64,000 nucleotides of DNA from Paragordius varius (lineage: Eukaryota; Animalia; Nematomorpha), in the NCBI GenBank assembly GCA_964247055.1, contig OZ176053.1, forward strand, positions 12,338,001 to 12,402,000, read 5' to 3'. The notes beneath the pieces were generated by a model. That model saw only the letters and a program-made list of their open reading frames with translations, was not told the DNA's origin and did not search any database. Below, piece after piece: positions 13,301 through 26,800 of the stretch; positions within the stretch are counted from its first letter, which is position 1, and every line of letters starts with the position of its first letter. The position numbers and the translations under genes are program-made.

Positions 13301-14011
13301 AAAAAAAAACAAAGTCCACAAAAATATTTTTTTGATTGTATTTTTTTGTCCACGGTATGAGACTCTAAAAATTCGAGAAGGTTTTTTCGTATTGCCTGTT
13401 AAAAGAAAAAAATTTTAGTCAAGCGTTTCTTTGATGATAACTGCTGAGTAAGGAGTATCTATCATATGTATAGCATGTTAAAAGATATATGGATATTAAT
13501 ACATTATTTATCCTCATCTATATATTTATAAAAATGGAAAATGCTGGCTTTGTGATCTGGTACAGGAAAACCGGTAGACCCAATCAAATCCAAATATCGA
13601 AAAAATATAATCATTAATAAATGTCCCAACAATAGCTTCGCCCTTTTTTTGGAATAGGCCCCCAGTTCGGGCCCACCCCGTATGAAAAACGGGTTTTTTT
13701 TGAAAACAGAAGTCCACAAAATCGTGTTTTTGAGACAATTTTCCGGAGAACGTGTTGGACCATTCAATTTCAAATATGATTTTTGTTTACTTATTTTCGA
13801 TTGCGCCGAACATAGCCGAGCCACTTTTTTGTTTTAGGCCCTCTTTTTACCCGCTCCCCCCGTAAAATGCCATTTTTTTCAAAAAAAAACATGGCTTTGT
13901 GATCTGGTACAGGAAAACCGGTAGACCCAATCAAATCCAAACTTCGAACCCCCCCCCCCAGAAGTCCGAAGGACTTCCTCGGGCTGCGTAGCAGCACGAG
14001 ATTCACGCTAG
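10343..14011 (+). mobile_element. Non-autonomous Helitron-like element with internal tandem array (3 x 1058 bp + 495 bp)
   Basis: Starts A|TCTATATATTTATAAAAATGG and ends hairpin (13978-14000) + 7 nt + CTAG|T. The 5' TC terminus recurs at 10343, 11401, 12459 and 13517 (period 1058). No Rep/helicase ORF is present. Confidence 0.85.
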
Positions 14012-15630
14012 TCATCGATAAAAAGGGATCCATATATTTTTTTTCTTTATAATTTCATCTCCTCCTACATTATATAAAGAAATTTAATTTACTTAAATAT
14101 AAAATAGTGATTTCTTACAAGACAAATTTTCCCGTATATTAAGAATTTTTCGAAAATAAATATATCGAATATATTTCTAAATTGCATTATGGTTTTATTT
14201 TTCTATGAGTTTTATTTTGTAGTTTAGAATAACCCTAAAGTATATCAAAACGGTTACGAATTCAACCAATACTTTATATAGTTGATTTTATATTAAACTT
14301 ATATTGCATTCAATCACGTAAAATATATAATTATTCTTAGAGATTAACATAATTTTTGGACCGCTAATGGAAAAAAAATGATCCAATCTGTACTTTAAAA
14401 TTGTTAAATAACGACCTATAATAATATTAATGGAAGTATTCTAAAATACCTCTATGTTTTAGCCATATTATCAGTCAAATAATTAATTGGTTGGTGGAAA
14501 AAAATTCAGACCTTATACTTTTTTTCTTCACTGATTAAAAGATTTTTTGATAAATATAATTGTAACTTGTAAAAATAGCTTTATATTTTACACAATAAAA
14601 TTGGGTCATTTGGTATAAGATATTCATTACTATACTCTGATTCATAAATGTTTTTAGTATTTAGTTCATGAGCGATTTTGAATATATCCTAAAAAATACT
14701 TAAGGAATTCGGAAACCTTTTTAAAAGTAAAAAAATCTAATCGTTTTTGAGCCAAACGGTTTTAAATAAAAAGAGAAACTAAAAATAAATCAATTCAGGA
14801 AATTATTCATGCATTCATTCTTGACTTCTAAGAACATGTTATTAAGAACTAGATTTAAATTTAGTAATATATAATTTAAACAAATTATCCCTATTTTTAT
14901 TATTAGGCTATGCAATTCAATAATTTTAAAATTTTGCGATATTTTTTGTCGATAATGATTAGTATTTCTTATTAGGGTTGTAATATCTATACCTTTTCTT
15001 GGATTGTTTTATGTTTATAAATTGAGCACAAGCTTAATTCAAAACTATTTTTCGTCGATTGTGATATTTCTTGGGGCCGAATTCGGGGTCAATCCATAGA
15101 CTCAAAAAAATAAATCAGTGTGTTTATGTGGCATTAGTAAGGTTTACAATATAAACTGGAGATCCCTGTGGCATTTTTCACAAAACGGCTAAAGAGTTAT
15201 ATCAAATTTATTAAGTTATATATATATCGATAGGAATTATAATTTGTTATATTTGGCATTCAAGCTTTCCATTTTTGCCAACTACTTTTTGGATTTTCCC
15301 GCATTGGATTTTTAGGGATTACCCTCATTTTGGGGTGATTACTATTATTAGAAAGTTTATTTTATATGGGTACGAGTGTTTAAAAAATTATTAAAAAACT
15401 TAAAGCTTATTTAGCTTAAAATAAATATTAATTTTAAAAAAATAAACACTCTCCTTTTAAAAAAACAAATGGGTATCTACGAAAAATATAAAGCAGCTTT
15501 GTTAAAAGAATTTTATTTTAATCTTTTAATCACACTTGTTGATAATTTCCCAAAACAGAATAACTTTTAAACCATATTTAACGCCAGGTAATATTTTACC
15601 AACCTAACTCTTGAGATATTGCAAAATATA

Positions 15631-15868
15631 CCATTTACAATTCAAATTCACCCTCGAACAAAATTCCCCTCGAACAATTCAAATTCACCCTAAGTGTTAT
15701 TAAACTAATATAAAATTATTATCAATATGAAATATATTATTATGGCATAGTTTTTAATTTTTTATTATTTTAATTCTAAATAACTAGTTTGTAATCTTTA
15801 AAAACACATACTTTATTTTTGTTTTGAGGGGGAATTTGAATTGTTCAAGAGTGAATTAAAGTGTTAAT

Positions 15869-15870
<2 letters not shown>
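15631..15870. mobile_element. Small TA-flanked MITE (Tc1/mariner-type signature)
   Basis: TA|CCATTTAC...GTTAATGG|TA, with subterminal AATTCAAATTCACCC repeats mirrored on the right by GGGGAATTTGAATT. Confidence 0.5.

Positions 15871-15899
<29 letters not shown>
15871..15899. repeat. (TA)n microsatellite
   Basis: About 14 TA units directly abutting the MITE end. Confidence 0.9.
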
Positions 15900-15901
<2 letters not shown>

Positions 15902-18900
15902 TTATATCCAAAAATGTGAAACTTAAACTGTCACAAAAATAAAATAGTTTTTACTATTTACCATTAGTCTAAAAGCGGAATAATTTTGAATATGGATTTT
16001 TTAGCTATTTTATAAATGCAAATAATTTTTTTTGAGAATTAAATAATGACTTATCTCGCAAAATTATACGACCCTAAAATTGGCCCACATTTATACTGTG
16101 CCGAATATCTACGGAGAATTGTCTCAAAACACGATGGATAAAATTACGAAATTTAATAGATATTTTCCGATCGAAAATTATGCGAAAATTATTTTCAATA
16201 TTCTAATCCAATGGTACTCAAAATGCAACCCTAAGAGTCCTTTTTTATGGTCTTGAATAATTTATTTTTAATTATAATTCTCCTATTAATTTATATCGGT
16301 ATTTTATGAACGCCCTTAAGACAAGATAAACATTTTTAGCGGCCCTTTAAAATTTTTGGTGAGGGAATGTGTTAAATATTCTTTATTTGGAGAAAATCAT
16401 ATTGCATTTATAAGATATTGATGGATTATGACCTTGATAGATGGCTTAAAAGGCTATCAGACTGGTTAATATCTTTTTACCGGGCAAATATTCCCACTTA
16501 TTATGTAACTTTTTTGGATTGTATTGTTAATTAGGGAATATACAGAAATAAATTACTTAAATTTCGGTAATCAGGAGTTATTGAATTAGAAAAAATAAAT
16601 ATTTAAATAATATTTAAAAAACTGATTTGCCCAAATTTAATTAAAACGCTCTTTATTACGTGAAAATAATTTTGAGACTGTAATTTATGACTTAGGTTAT
16701 TACTCAAACATAAATAAGCAAATATATTAACATAAAATGTATGTCGACCATTTAAATTTCTCAAGCCAACACATAAGGTAAAAAAGAGTTTTAGAAAAAA
16801 ATGCCTAAAGGCGATTAAAATTTACTATGAACTGACCCAAAATTGAAATTCATGCATATCAAGTAAAGAAAAATATAAAATAAACTCTTGTACCAGACCA
16901 CTATATTTATGTTTTTCATTACACATATGAAATTTTATGTTTATGTACTAAAAATAAAAAACCACAAAAAGGGGCGAAGAACTACACCACAAACTGTTTT
17001 TTATCTCCTCTTTTGTTTGGTGAGCACAATACATTTCTTATTACTATATGTAATCCAACTTCATCCACAGTATTACACATAAAGGAGTAATGTTAAATTG
17101 GGCTGGTTGGCTGGATGCCTATCTAGCTAGCTAGAATTTTTTGAATTATTACATATGCACACTTATACCGTAAGTTGGTATCATGACTGATTACAATTTC
17201 AATCTTAAATTTAAAAGTTAAATTAAATTAAACAATATTAATGTAAATGTTTTTTATAAAAGCATTAGAAATTATTTTAGATGTGAGATAAAAAAAGCCC
17301 CACAACAACACACATCCAATGTTACCGTTCAATCACACAAACAATGTTTACTTATATATGTAATATAGGTTCTTCCCATAATTTTTGCTTAAAAGTTACC
17401 CATCAAATGTACTAAGTTTACTAATAAATTTTTTATGGTTTTGTTCCACTTCAAATTCAACAAATTCATATTCTAGTACATATTATGCAATCTAGAATTT
17501 TTTTAAGCTTGTACTTTTTGGCAAGGGTAATGTTAGTTGGGTACAGAACAATATTTTTTAATTTGAGTACATTGTCCCTATATTTTTTTATTTTATTCAC
17601 ATATTAATTTTTAATTTTAGCACAAAGTAGAAACGAAATTTTTTTCTTATGGTTGTTGATTGTTTTTCTCGTATACATATATATGTTTTAAAACCCATTA
17701 GAGTACATTAAATTACTTAGAATTTGTTGACAGAATACAATTCGATTTTTGGATTCATAAGGTTAATTTGCACATTTAGACTTATTTTTTTTAACAAAAT
17801 GCTATGTTTATCTACAAAATCGTTATGTAATGTTTGTTAAATTATAAAATGACTATTCAATTACAATTTTGTAGCGCATGTAACCTTAACCTTTTACCTT
17901 GATTTTATCGATAATCACTCAATAATTTATATATTTTTTAATATTATTAATGTAGTAAAAAAATAATATATTTTTTTCTCATTAAATGATTAATATATGT
18001 ATATATTTAATTATTGTTTTTTTGACTATTTTGGATGAACAAGACCTAGTTTAACATTGGCGGTTATGCAAAAAAAATTTGAGGACGATAAAGAAAAGTG
18101 AAATCAATATTTTAAGGTTGTTGCTATATTTTATGACTTATATTTCTATAATAAAATTATTGATTGATTAACTTAAAGTTAAATAATGATATAGGGTATT
18201 CGATCAGTATAATATTAACACATTATTTTAAATTTTTATAAATAAAAAAAAGATGCAAAAAAATCAAAGGTCACATCCTACTTTTTACGTTTTTTATTTC
18301 TATTCCCTCGACTAAATATATTTTTTCATTGTCACGCAACCTTTGTGGGGGAAAATCGAAAAATATAATTGCAATTCATATTTGTGATTTAACAAAAACA
18401 AATCCTTAAACATCGCATATATTCTAAATTGATCATTAAGGTATTAATTTTCGGTGGTTTTAAATAATATTTTAAATAAAATTTAATTGTGATTTTTAAT
18501 CAGGCTAATATAGCGCCTCAAAATTTTATAGGATAACAGTGTTTATATCAAATATTTTTAATAGCCCTTCTTTTGTAAATCAATATATATTTATAAATAT
18601 CAGAAATGTCACTAAACTGAAGCATTCCACTGTTAAACAGGGTCTAAACTTTATTGATTTTTCTATACCCTTTGTGTTGACCCTTTCTCCACAAGAACTA
18701 TATATAAAATATATATTTCACATGGCTTTCTAATGTTATTTATAAAAAAGGCCTGACTCTTAATTGTTTATTTTTTGGCATTCGTAGGATTTCAATAGTT
18801 TATGCTTTTTATAATTGACTGGGGGGATTGAATAGAAAATTTAAATTTACAAGTTTGAAATAGTCTAAAAATAAATAATTTTGAAAATGGTATAATATTT

Positions 18901-21900
18901 ATTTCCTGTTTCTTATATAACGTTTGAAAGCATCTTTTTGCTTGAAGTAACCCTGAATGCACATTAATCTTGACAAATTATTGTAAAGGAAAAACTTTTA
19001 AACTTAAACATTAGTTGTGCCACTTGAAACTTTTTAAAAGAGAATATCTCATAAACACTTATCATACTATACTTTATAAATAATAACGGATTGATATAAG
19101 ATTTTTCCCAATATCCATCCAATACTTATAAAAGTACACAATTTTACCAAAATATAGAGAACATGTTCTATGTCATGGTCGCATCCTGTACTTTTTTTTA
19201 TAAATAATCCATTTTTATTGAAGTGCTTTATGATTTCTCTATTGTATATTCTCACAACTTTATTTTATTCAGGGAAAGTTTTGAGTGAAAGTAATAACAA
19301 TAATCATTCTTAATTTTATTATTTTTAGGTTTATTAGGATTAAAGATTGCTAAAATGAGGAAATGGATAAAATGTAATACACATAAATGTTTAAATGAAA
19401 TGTAATTTAAGCATATATTTTCATTTTTTGTTGGCATATAATTTTGTGTGAATATCTGTAACTTTTGAAACATAAAAAATAAAAAAATTGGGACGAACTA
19501 AATTGGTTAAGTAATTAAGGGAGGTACGGTCCATTCAAAATGCGAACGTTCATTATTCTAAATTTTTAGGTATAGTAGTTATGTACAACTTTTATTATGA
19601 TTATCTTTGTCATTATTATTAAATATTTTATAGGTTAAGTGTCAGTAAACTCAGTCGCTTGTAATGAGAAACGTGATTGAGGGAAATACAAAAAAATTAT
19701 ATGTTAAAATTGTTTAAAGTCATTAACTCTGTACTCCGGCTCTGCAAAAAAATGTGAGGTATAAATAATGAGAATTCAGGCAAAGGAAAGACAAATTTCC
19801 AGGTCATATACATTCATATATATTTTATCGCTAAAACATTGCTTTATAGTTAAGTAATGAAAAGGAATTGAACTCAGGAATGAACTATATGTGAAAGTTC
19901 TTAAGTTAATATCACACACACCATTATACCGATTCAGGTAAAAAAAGTGAAACTATGCAATGTAGTAAACATAGTTTGTTCCTTAATTAATGAGTCATTG
20001 CATTGTGCATGGCATGGCAGAAAAATTCTTTGATGCATTATTATAGAAATAGGTACATCATTTTTAATTTATTATGTAAACCTCAAAATTTGGGTATTAC
20101 GGCAGCGATAGTTTGCTAACTTAATGCTTTAAAATGTAAACCCGTTTTTTAGCTTAGAGTTTATTGCATACCAAAACAAAATTAAAGCTCTAAGTAACGT
20201 ATTTTATGGTCAAATCTTCAAAAATACGCTAATTAACTGTAAATATTATCGTTGGACCTTTTACATTTTTAATATTTAAGTTTTGTCGATAATTGAGATT
20301 TTACGCATAAATGAATAAAAATTAAAAATCTAAATTATATTTTAAAATCTAGATTTGGCATTTTAAATATAAATTAGATTCCGTCAAAATTTAAATCATA
20401 TTCTGATGATTATGTAAAATTTAAATTTTTTTGTTTAAAATTTAACATGCCTAATTGGAATATTTTTATTAACTTTTGATTTTAGTGACCAGAAATTAAT
20501 TGGATTAAGCTAATACTAGCTTGCAAAATAAAACAAAAAATGTGTATTAGCATGTTTAAGTAATCGGCTAACATAGAAATACATATTTTTACTGTTTTAG
20601 TATCTTCCATTTGTTTGCATATTAAACTTGCATTTAGTTTTCAAATAAGGTATATGTAGGATGAAGTTTTTTTAACATTATTATAATATACCAATAATAT
20701 CTTGCATATTTTCTCATGATCATTAATTGAAGGTATACACATATATATAATATTTACTCTAAAAGTAAAATTAAATCAAATCATATATATACATGGATAA
20801 ATTTTTAATCCTTTAACTTGTATATATGTATATAAAACTATTACATTAGTAAAACTAGATATGATGGAAAAAAATGGAGTAGAGTACCTTTTGTGATGTG
20901 AACTTCATTTGTGTTTATGTATTGTGTAAAAATAGTACATTCGCAGGCAGAGTTTAGGCAGCATTTCTCCCCCTTTCATACAACAAACATACAGAGAGCA
21001 AAAATAAAAAACTTTCTCTTTTTATCAATAAGTACATATTGTGGTTTTTTAACATTAGATTGCTACAGACAAACTATGCGTATACACATAATCTTAACCT
21101 TCTCTATATATATATATGTATAAAAGACACAGGGTTCTTTAGCACCAATTGTGGTAAGAATGTGTGCATGATTACAATTTATAAATAAATATAAATATAT
21201 CTTTATAAAAAATAGAATCCCTCTCCTAATTATTTTCATGAACTACATATATAAATAAATAAAAATTATATATTTATATTTATCGAATTTATATGTGCAT
21301 GGCTTCTTAAAAATCAAATAATCAACACAATGTATAAGTACATATCTATATTTAAATCTGACCACTAATAAAGTGATTATCTTATTCTGATTTTAAAAAT
21401 TAATTCCAGTCTCCCAATTGAGTTACTTGTTAATTCGATTCCCAATATATTCCTAATATTTGAAAAGTTACTCTTTGTCCCAAAATAAAGTATATTGCTT
21501 AATTGTTAATAAACTTGAATTTAATTTTATTTTTTAGCCTAAATTTTAATTTTACAAGTTTTCCCACAGTAATAATTGGAAACAAATGAATGCTATTTTC
21601 TTTGTAATCCTAGAATAGGATAACTTATTTAATAAATTGCCTAAAAATAACCGATATAAATCATTTTTTTATGTAATTGTAGGAAGTATTAACCATTGTT
21701 CAATTAAAATATTAAATCTTATCCTATCATTATAACATTCATTGTCCATTTTTTATGTATATATATATTATATAAATTAGGTATAAAATGAGGAATAATC
21801 CTATCTACAATTATACGATTACATAATAGGAGATATTATCTGAATTATATAATTTTATGTTTGAATGGATGGTCAATCATGGAATTATAAATATTTACAT

Positions 21901-23831
21901 AACTAATAACTTGACCTTTATTCCCTCTGTTCCTCTTCAATGCCATGCCATTGCTGATATTGTCCATTTTGTAAACATTTGATCATTTTTACTAACACTC
22001 AGAATATCGTGTAACCATTTTCTTCTTTACATATAAGGCACCACCTAGTTAAATCGTTTTTGTTAACATTATAACTTAGATTTTAAAATGACCTAGACCT
22101 TGACAAAGTTTATATATATTATACACTAATATAATTTTGAAATAAAAGCAGGCTGGGCATAAGACTCGTTAAATTTCAAGGCTATCCGTAGTTAAATTTC
22201 AAAATTGAAAATCAGGAATAAAAATGCTATTGGTTTTTTTTCATGTTAAAATGCACCAATTTTGGTTAATTGAGTAAAAATATATACCATTTACCGTTTT
22301 TTATGTTTATATTTTAACGTATTATTTTAAATTAAACTAATTATTAATCCTACTTGCTATTTATTATATGTAATTTCTCATATCGCACACGCAATCAAAA
22401 AAATTATATGTAACGGCAATGTTAACTATTATAATACGTAAATCACCTTGATACACTTTTAGCTTTTTTATGTTGTATATATGGACATATAACATTAAAA
22501 ATAATATGGTTTGTTTTAATACCAACGATTGCATAAATATTGATTATTTTTTTTCTCGTTTTTAAACACCAACCACACCAAAAAACAACAAAGAGTAATG
22601 TAAGCTTTATAAAATAGTTTTTTTGTCATGTTGTCCTTAAACAAAAAAGAATGGTATTTGGTCAACTGTATATCCCTATACAGAGTAATACATTCAGGCA
22701 AAAACATTAAATAAGCCATTTAACCTTGTATAGTATAATAATGATGACGTTTATTTCCATTTATCGTTTTTTTTTCGTACTTGGTGTAGTTAGTTATATG
22801 AATTCTAACCGCAGTCGATGCTAATATAAATTTTTGCCTTTAAATTTTAAAGTGTTCAACACACTCTTTTAACATTAGATAAAAAGTGGTTAATGTGGTT
22901 TTTGGTAGGTATAACCTTCAATTTACTTACCTACCTACCTTCCTACCTTTCTAAAACTTTCATATAGTTAAATATAATCAATATATAATTACATTTTTAT
23001 TGATGATGATTAATGTAGCATATTTTTTAACAGTATATATGTCCATTTTTATTTTAGCCAAGATCATAAGAAGTTTTGCGGCCGCAAATTTTTGCCTATT
23101 TTTTTAAGTTTTTTTATAAATTTTTGATCGACCTTAAGATATTTTAATTACCTTTTTTACATTTAGTCAAAAATTTTGATTATGTTAAGACACGCTTTTG
23201 CTGACATGCTAGTTAAAATTTCACGGACACAACTTTTATTGTATAATAATAAAGGTCACAAGAATAACTTTTGCAAATACACGCAAAAAGGTTAATATGT
23301 AATTTATCTTAATGATAACATGATTGGTTTTGGTCTGATTTTTTGATATTCAAATGGTTTTTTAATAAATTTATATTTAATAATTATAATTAATGAATTT
23401 GATAATGACCTTTATCGTGTATAATAAGATAGTGATATTTATGTTACTATCTAAAGGTAAATTATGATGCTGACTGGCTATCTTTATTTGCAGTGTTTTT
23501 GTACTTTTTTTTCACTTTTAAAAATTTTTAATTTATTTTTGTTTTTGAATATGCTTTATGACGCATGTTTATACATTTTCTCATATTTAAAATAAAATTT
23601 TAAATTGGTCAAACGTTTTGATTCTCTTTGCGCGACAAATTACTTTCAATTTTATATTTTAAATAAAATATGGATGATATATTCAAACTCTTCTCTAAAC
23701 AAATGTTTTAAATTTTTTGCATTCGTTTAATTTTAGTGTATGTAATGGAAAAATGGAAATATAATATCTAAATATCCAACCAATTAAACACACTATTAAC
23801 CAGAGGAAATCAATGTTCCCAAAAAATTGAA

Positions 23832-26800
23832 ATGTTAGCGATGATGGATGTCCAAATGTGTGTCCCCAAAAAGGGACCAACCAATAATGATAGTAATATA
23901 AATACTTCAATAAATCCCACTGGCAAAGGTCAAACCGACCTCTTTAATATGAATAATAATAATAATAACCTTCATCTAAATAAAAATTTGATCTCTACTG
24001 ATCACGATGTAAAAAATGATGAGATTAATAATAAATGTTTGACTACTTTTTTGAGGGAAAATGGGTCATTTCCCACAATGGTGTCAAGCGATAACCACCA
24101 TCTAGCTATTCAAGGGCACCCTTTCCCCATAGGTGTGTCAGGTCAAAAAAATCAAACAAACATTGTCCAAACTTCACAAGATGACCTATTGCAAACAACG
24201 ATTGGCCCAAAAATTTGGGGTGAAAAGAATAATTTAGCTGCTTCAATTGTTACATCTTCATCGTTCCCATCAATACTCCTCAATGGTTTCCCAAACGATA
24301 ATAGCAATAATTCCTCAAATTCAAATGATATTATAAATGACCAGCTTAAAAGGTCATCTGGCATTATCAATAATAATAATAATATTAACTTTATAAAACA
24401 ATTGTCTGCCCTTCAAGATCATCAACAAAAACAATATCAATTATGGCTGCTAAATTCATTGAGTCAAAATAATCTTATGATGAATCCTTCACTTGATGCC
24501 AATTCCAATCAGCGGATAATTAATCAATACCAAAAGCTTTCGGAAATGTCGTCGCCGGACATTAACTTATTACAATGTCTGAAGGCTAACCAATTTACAC
24601 CAGCATTTAACTCCTTAAATGGCACGCAATCTTGCAGTAATGAGCAATCATCCGTTTTGGTCAATGGTGAAGCCACTACAAACAAGGTAAATCAATCTAC
24701 CACACCATTATCTATTCCTACAAATAATTCCATGATGATGAGAGGCCCATTGCTCCCTGGCACCATGTATTCAGAAAAAAGTATGCTTGAATTTTTACAC
24801 GGGAAATTGAATAACCATCACTACTCGATCAATAATAGTAGTATTACATTATCATCATCACTATCGAAAAAACCGTTTTTATTGGGTTGTCCTGTGCCCG
24901 CCTATAACTGCGATGATTCATCGTATCACACAGGATCTTTGGGTGGTGGACCACCGAGCAAAGACAGTAGTTTGGGTGAAACGAGTGTCTTGAGTGCGGA
25001 TATGTCACCTCCGTCTTCGTCCAATCCCTCCATCCATTCTCCCGGCAGTTCGCTGAGCCCCAAAAATTTGAATGATCCTAAAACTCGTAACACAAACCAT
25101 GAGATTGCCACAAATTGTACGGATAAATCAAACTTAGAACCTGGTAAGCACGTTTTTAATTGATACAGTAAAGAGGCATATATGTAAAGGTCAAAGGGTT
25201 TTTTGAGCGGTGTAAACAGAGAATTTGAATATAATAAGAAAGTAATAACTGTCAATTTAACATATGTATAAAAATAAAAGCAAAATATCTCTATTCGCCA
25301 ATTAATTTACCCTTTTAACCAATAATATGACTCTTTAATCCGAAAAAATATATAATGCAAAACTAATTTCATAAATTTTTTTAGAAGTTAACACAAATCA
25401 TATCAATCGGGGGAACTCAGTGATATGTACAGATAACACGACGACAAATATGCCCAATGAAACCAATTGCGATCAGCCTCAAAACACATCATCCACAACA
25501 AGTCCATTCCACGCTCCATATCTTAATGGTTCATCCATCTTAACCAACTCAACAAACGCATATGATAAACCCTTAAATTTGGGTAACGTTTTAAATTTAA
25601 AAAGTATTTAGTGTAAAGTTATATATAAATCAAAACATATTGTATATTGCTACAAATATTAATTTTTGGCACATATACTATTTTACTGTTCCCAATTTTA
25701 TGTTCATACTTTTATCGAGTTTGCTGTACTTTTTATCTAATTAATTTTAAAATATATATATATATATATATATTATTTATACTAAGGTACTTGTATTATT
25801 GATTAAGGAGTACTCTAACCTCATTTTTTGCGTACTTAATTATTTTTTTAAAAGAGAGTTAGTTAATTAGTTAGCTTAGTTAAATTATATTTATTATATT
25901 TTCGAAATAATAATAATATAATAATAATAATCAAAAAAAGGTACATGAACAAATATTTGCCAATCAATAATATAATACTATATATTTAAAAAAATTCGCA
26001 CATAAAATTAGAACTCTCACACACATATATATAACTGCGCAAATAACCTATTTAATATCTATATTAAAGAAGAATTTATATTATAGTGGTCAAAAGTGTG
26101 TTAAGAAATGACCTTTCAAGACTTATAGAGGTTAAGTAAACTATGTCTTGGCCCCTATTTTGGTTGTTTGCTTTGCTCAAATAAGATTTAATTTAACATG
26201 CATGTTCCATTTATCATTAAAACCATTACCTAGTCAAAAATTGATAAAATTAATAGTTTTATCCAAAATTTTATGTTAGAATTTGATGGCACAAGTGTAC
26301 TTTGTCGAGTTTGTGGTGATAAAGCTAGTGGTTTTCATTACGGAGTCCATTCATGTGAAGGCTGTAAAGTAAGTCAATTAAATTATAGGTATATTTTTAC
26401 AAAAAATCGGAAATTGGGATCAATAGATAAATATCTATGCTAAATAATTTTATGAGTAAAAATAATGATAGAAAGGCTACTGCATGATTTGAGTATAATT
26501 AATATTGAACTTGTATCGCATTTTTTTATTATCATTATATATATATGTTTTTTATTCATGACAGTGAAAAAAAATAAAGTTTATGCATAAATTATACATG
26601 TATAGAAAATAAATGTGTAAGCATTGTTATAATTATCTTTCTAACAAAATCACCTTTTAGCTTTTGCTAAATAAATGCACAGAAAAAATATATAGAGTGT
26701 AAAAAGTGAAATTTTTCTATTTCTTTGCTATTTTCCAACCTGAATTGTAAAAAAAGTTATTATTATGGATTAAACATTGTATGACAATCACACGTACTAC

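Noticed and set aside
10343-14011. CRISPR-like or rDNA/5S/snRNA array interpretation of the tandem repeats
   Set aside because: Units are 579-1058 bp and near-identical with no unique spacers, and no rRNA or snRNA motif is recognisable. The termini fit a Helitron.
10339-14033. Repeated 65-106 aa minus-strand ORFs (MARLCSAQ..., MSQKHDF..., MFGFDW...) here and at 60485-61539
   Set aside because: They recur only because the DNA is tandemly repeated. They overlap in different frames, show no known domain and break differently between copies, so they are not a gene array.
18260-25200. Scattered AAAGGTCA nuclear-receptor half-sites upstream of and within E75
   Set aside because: There are only a few isolated half-sites, a number expected by chance, with no clear paired element.
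24152-25255. Minus-strand ORFs overlapping E75 exon 1 (and similar antisense ORFs over DNA2 and GLTP)
   Set aside because: These are shadow ORFs of real coding exons with no independent evidence.
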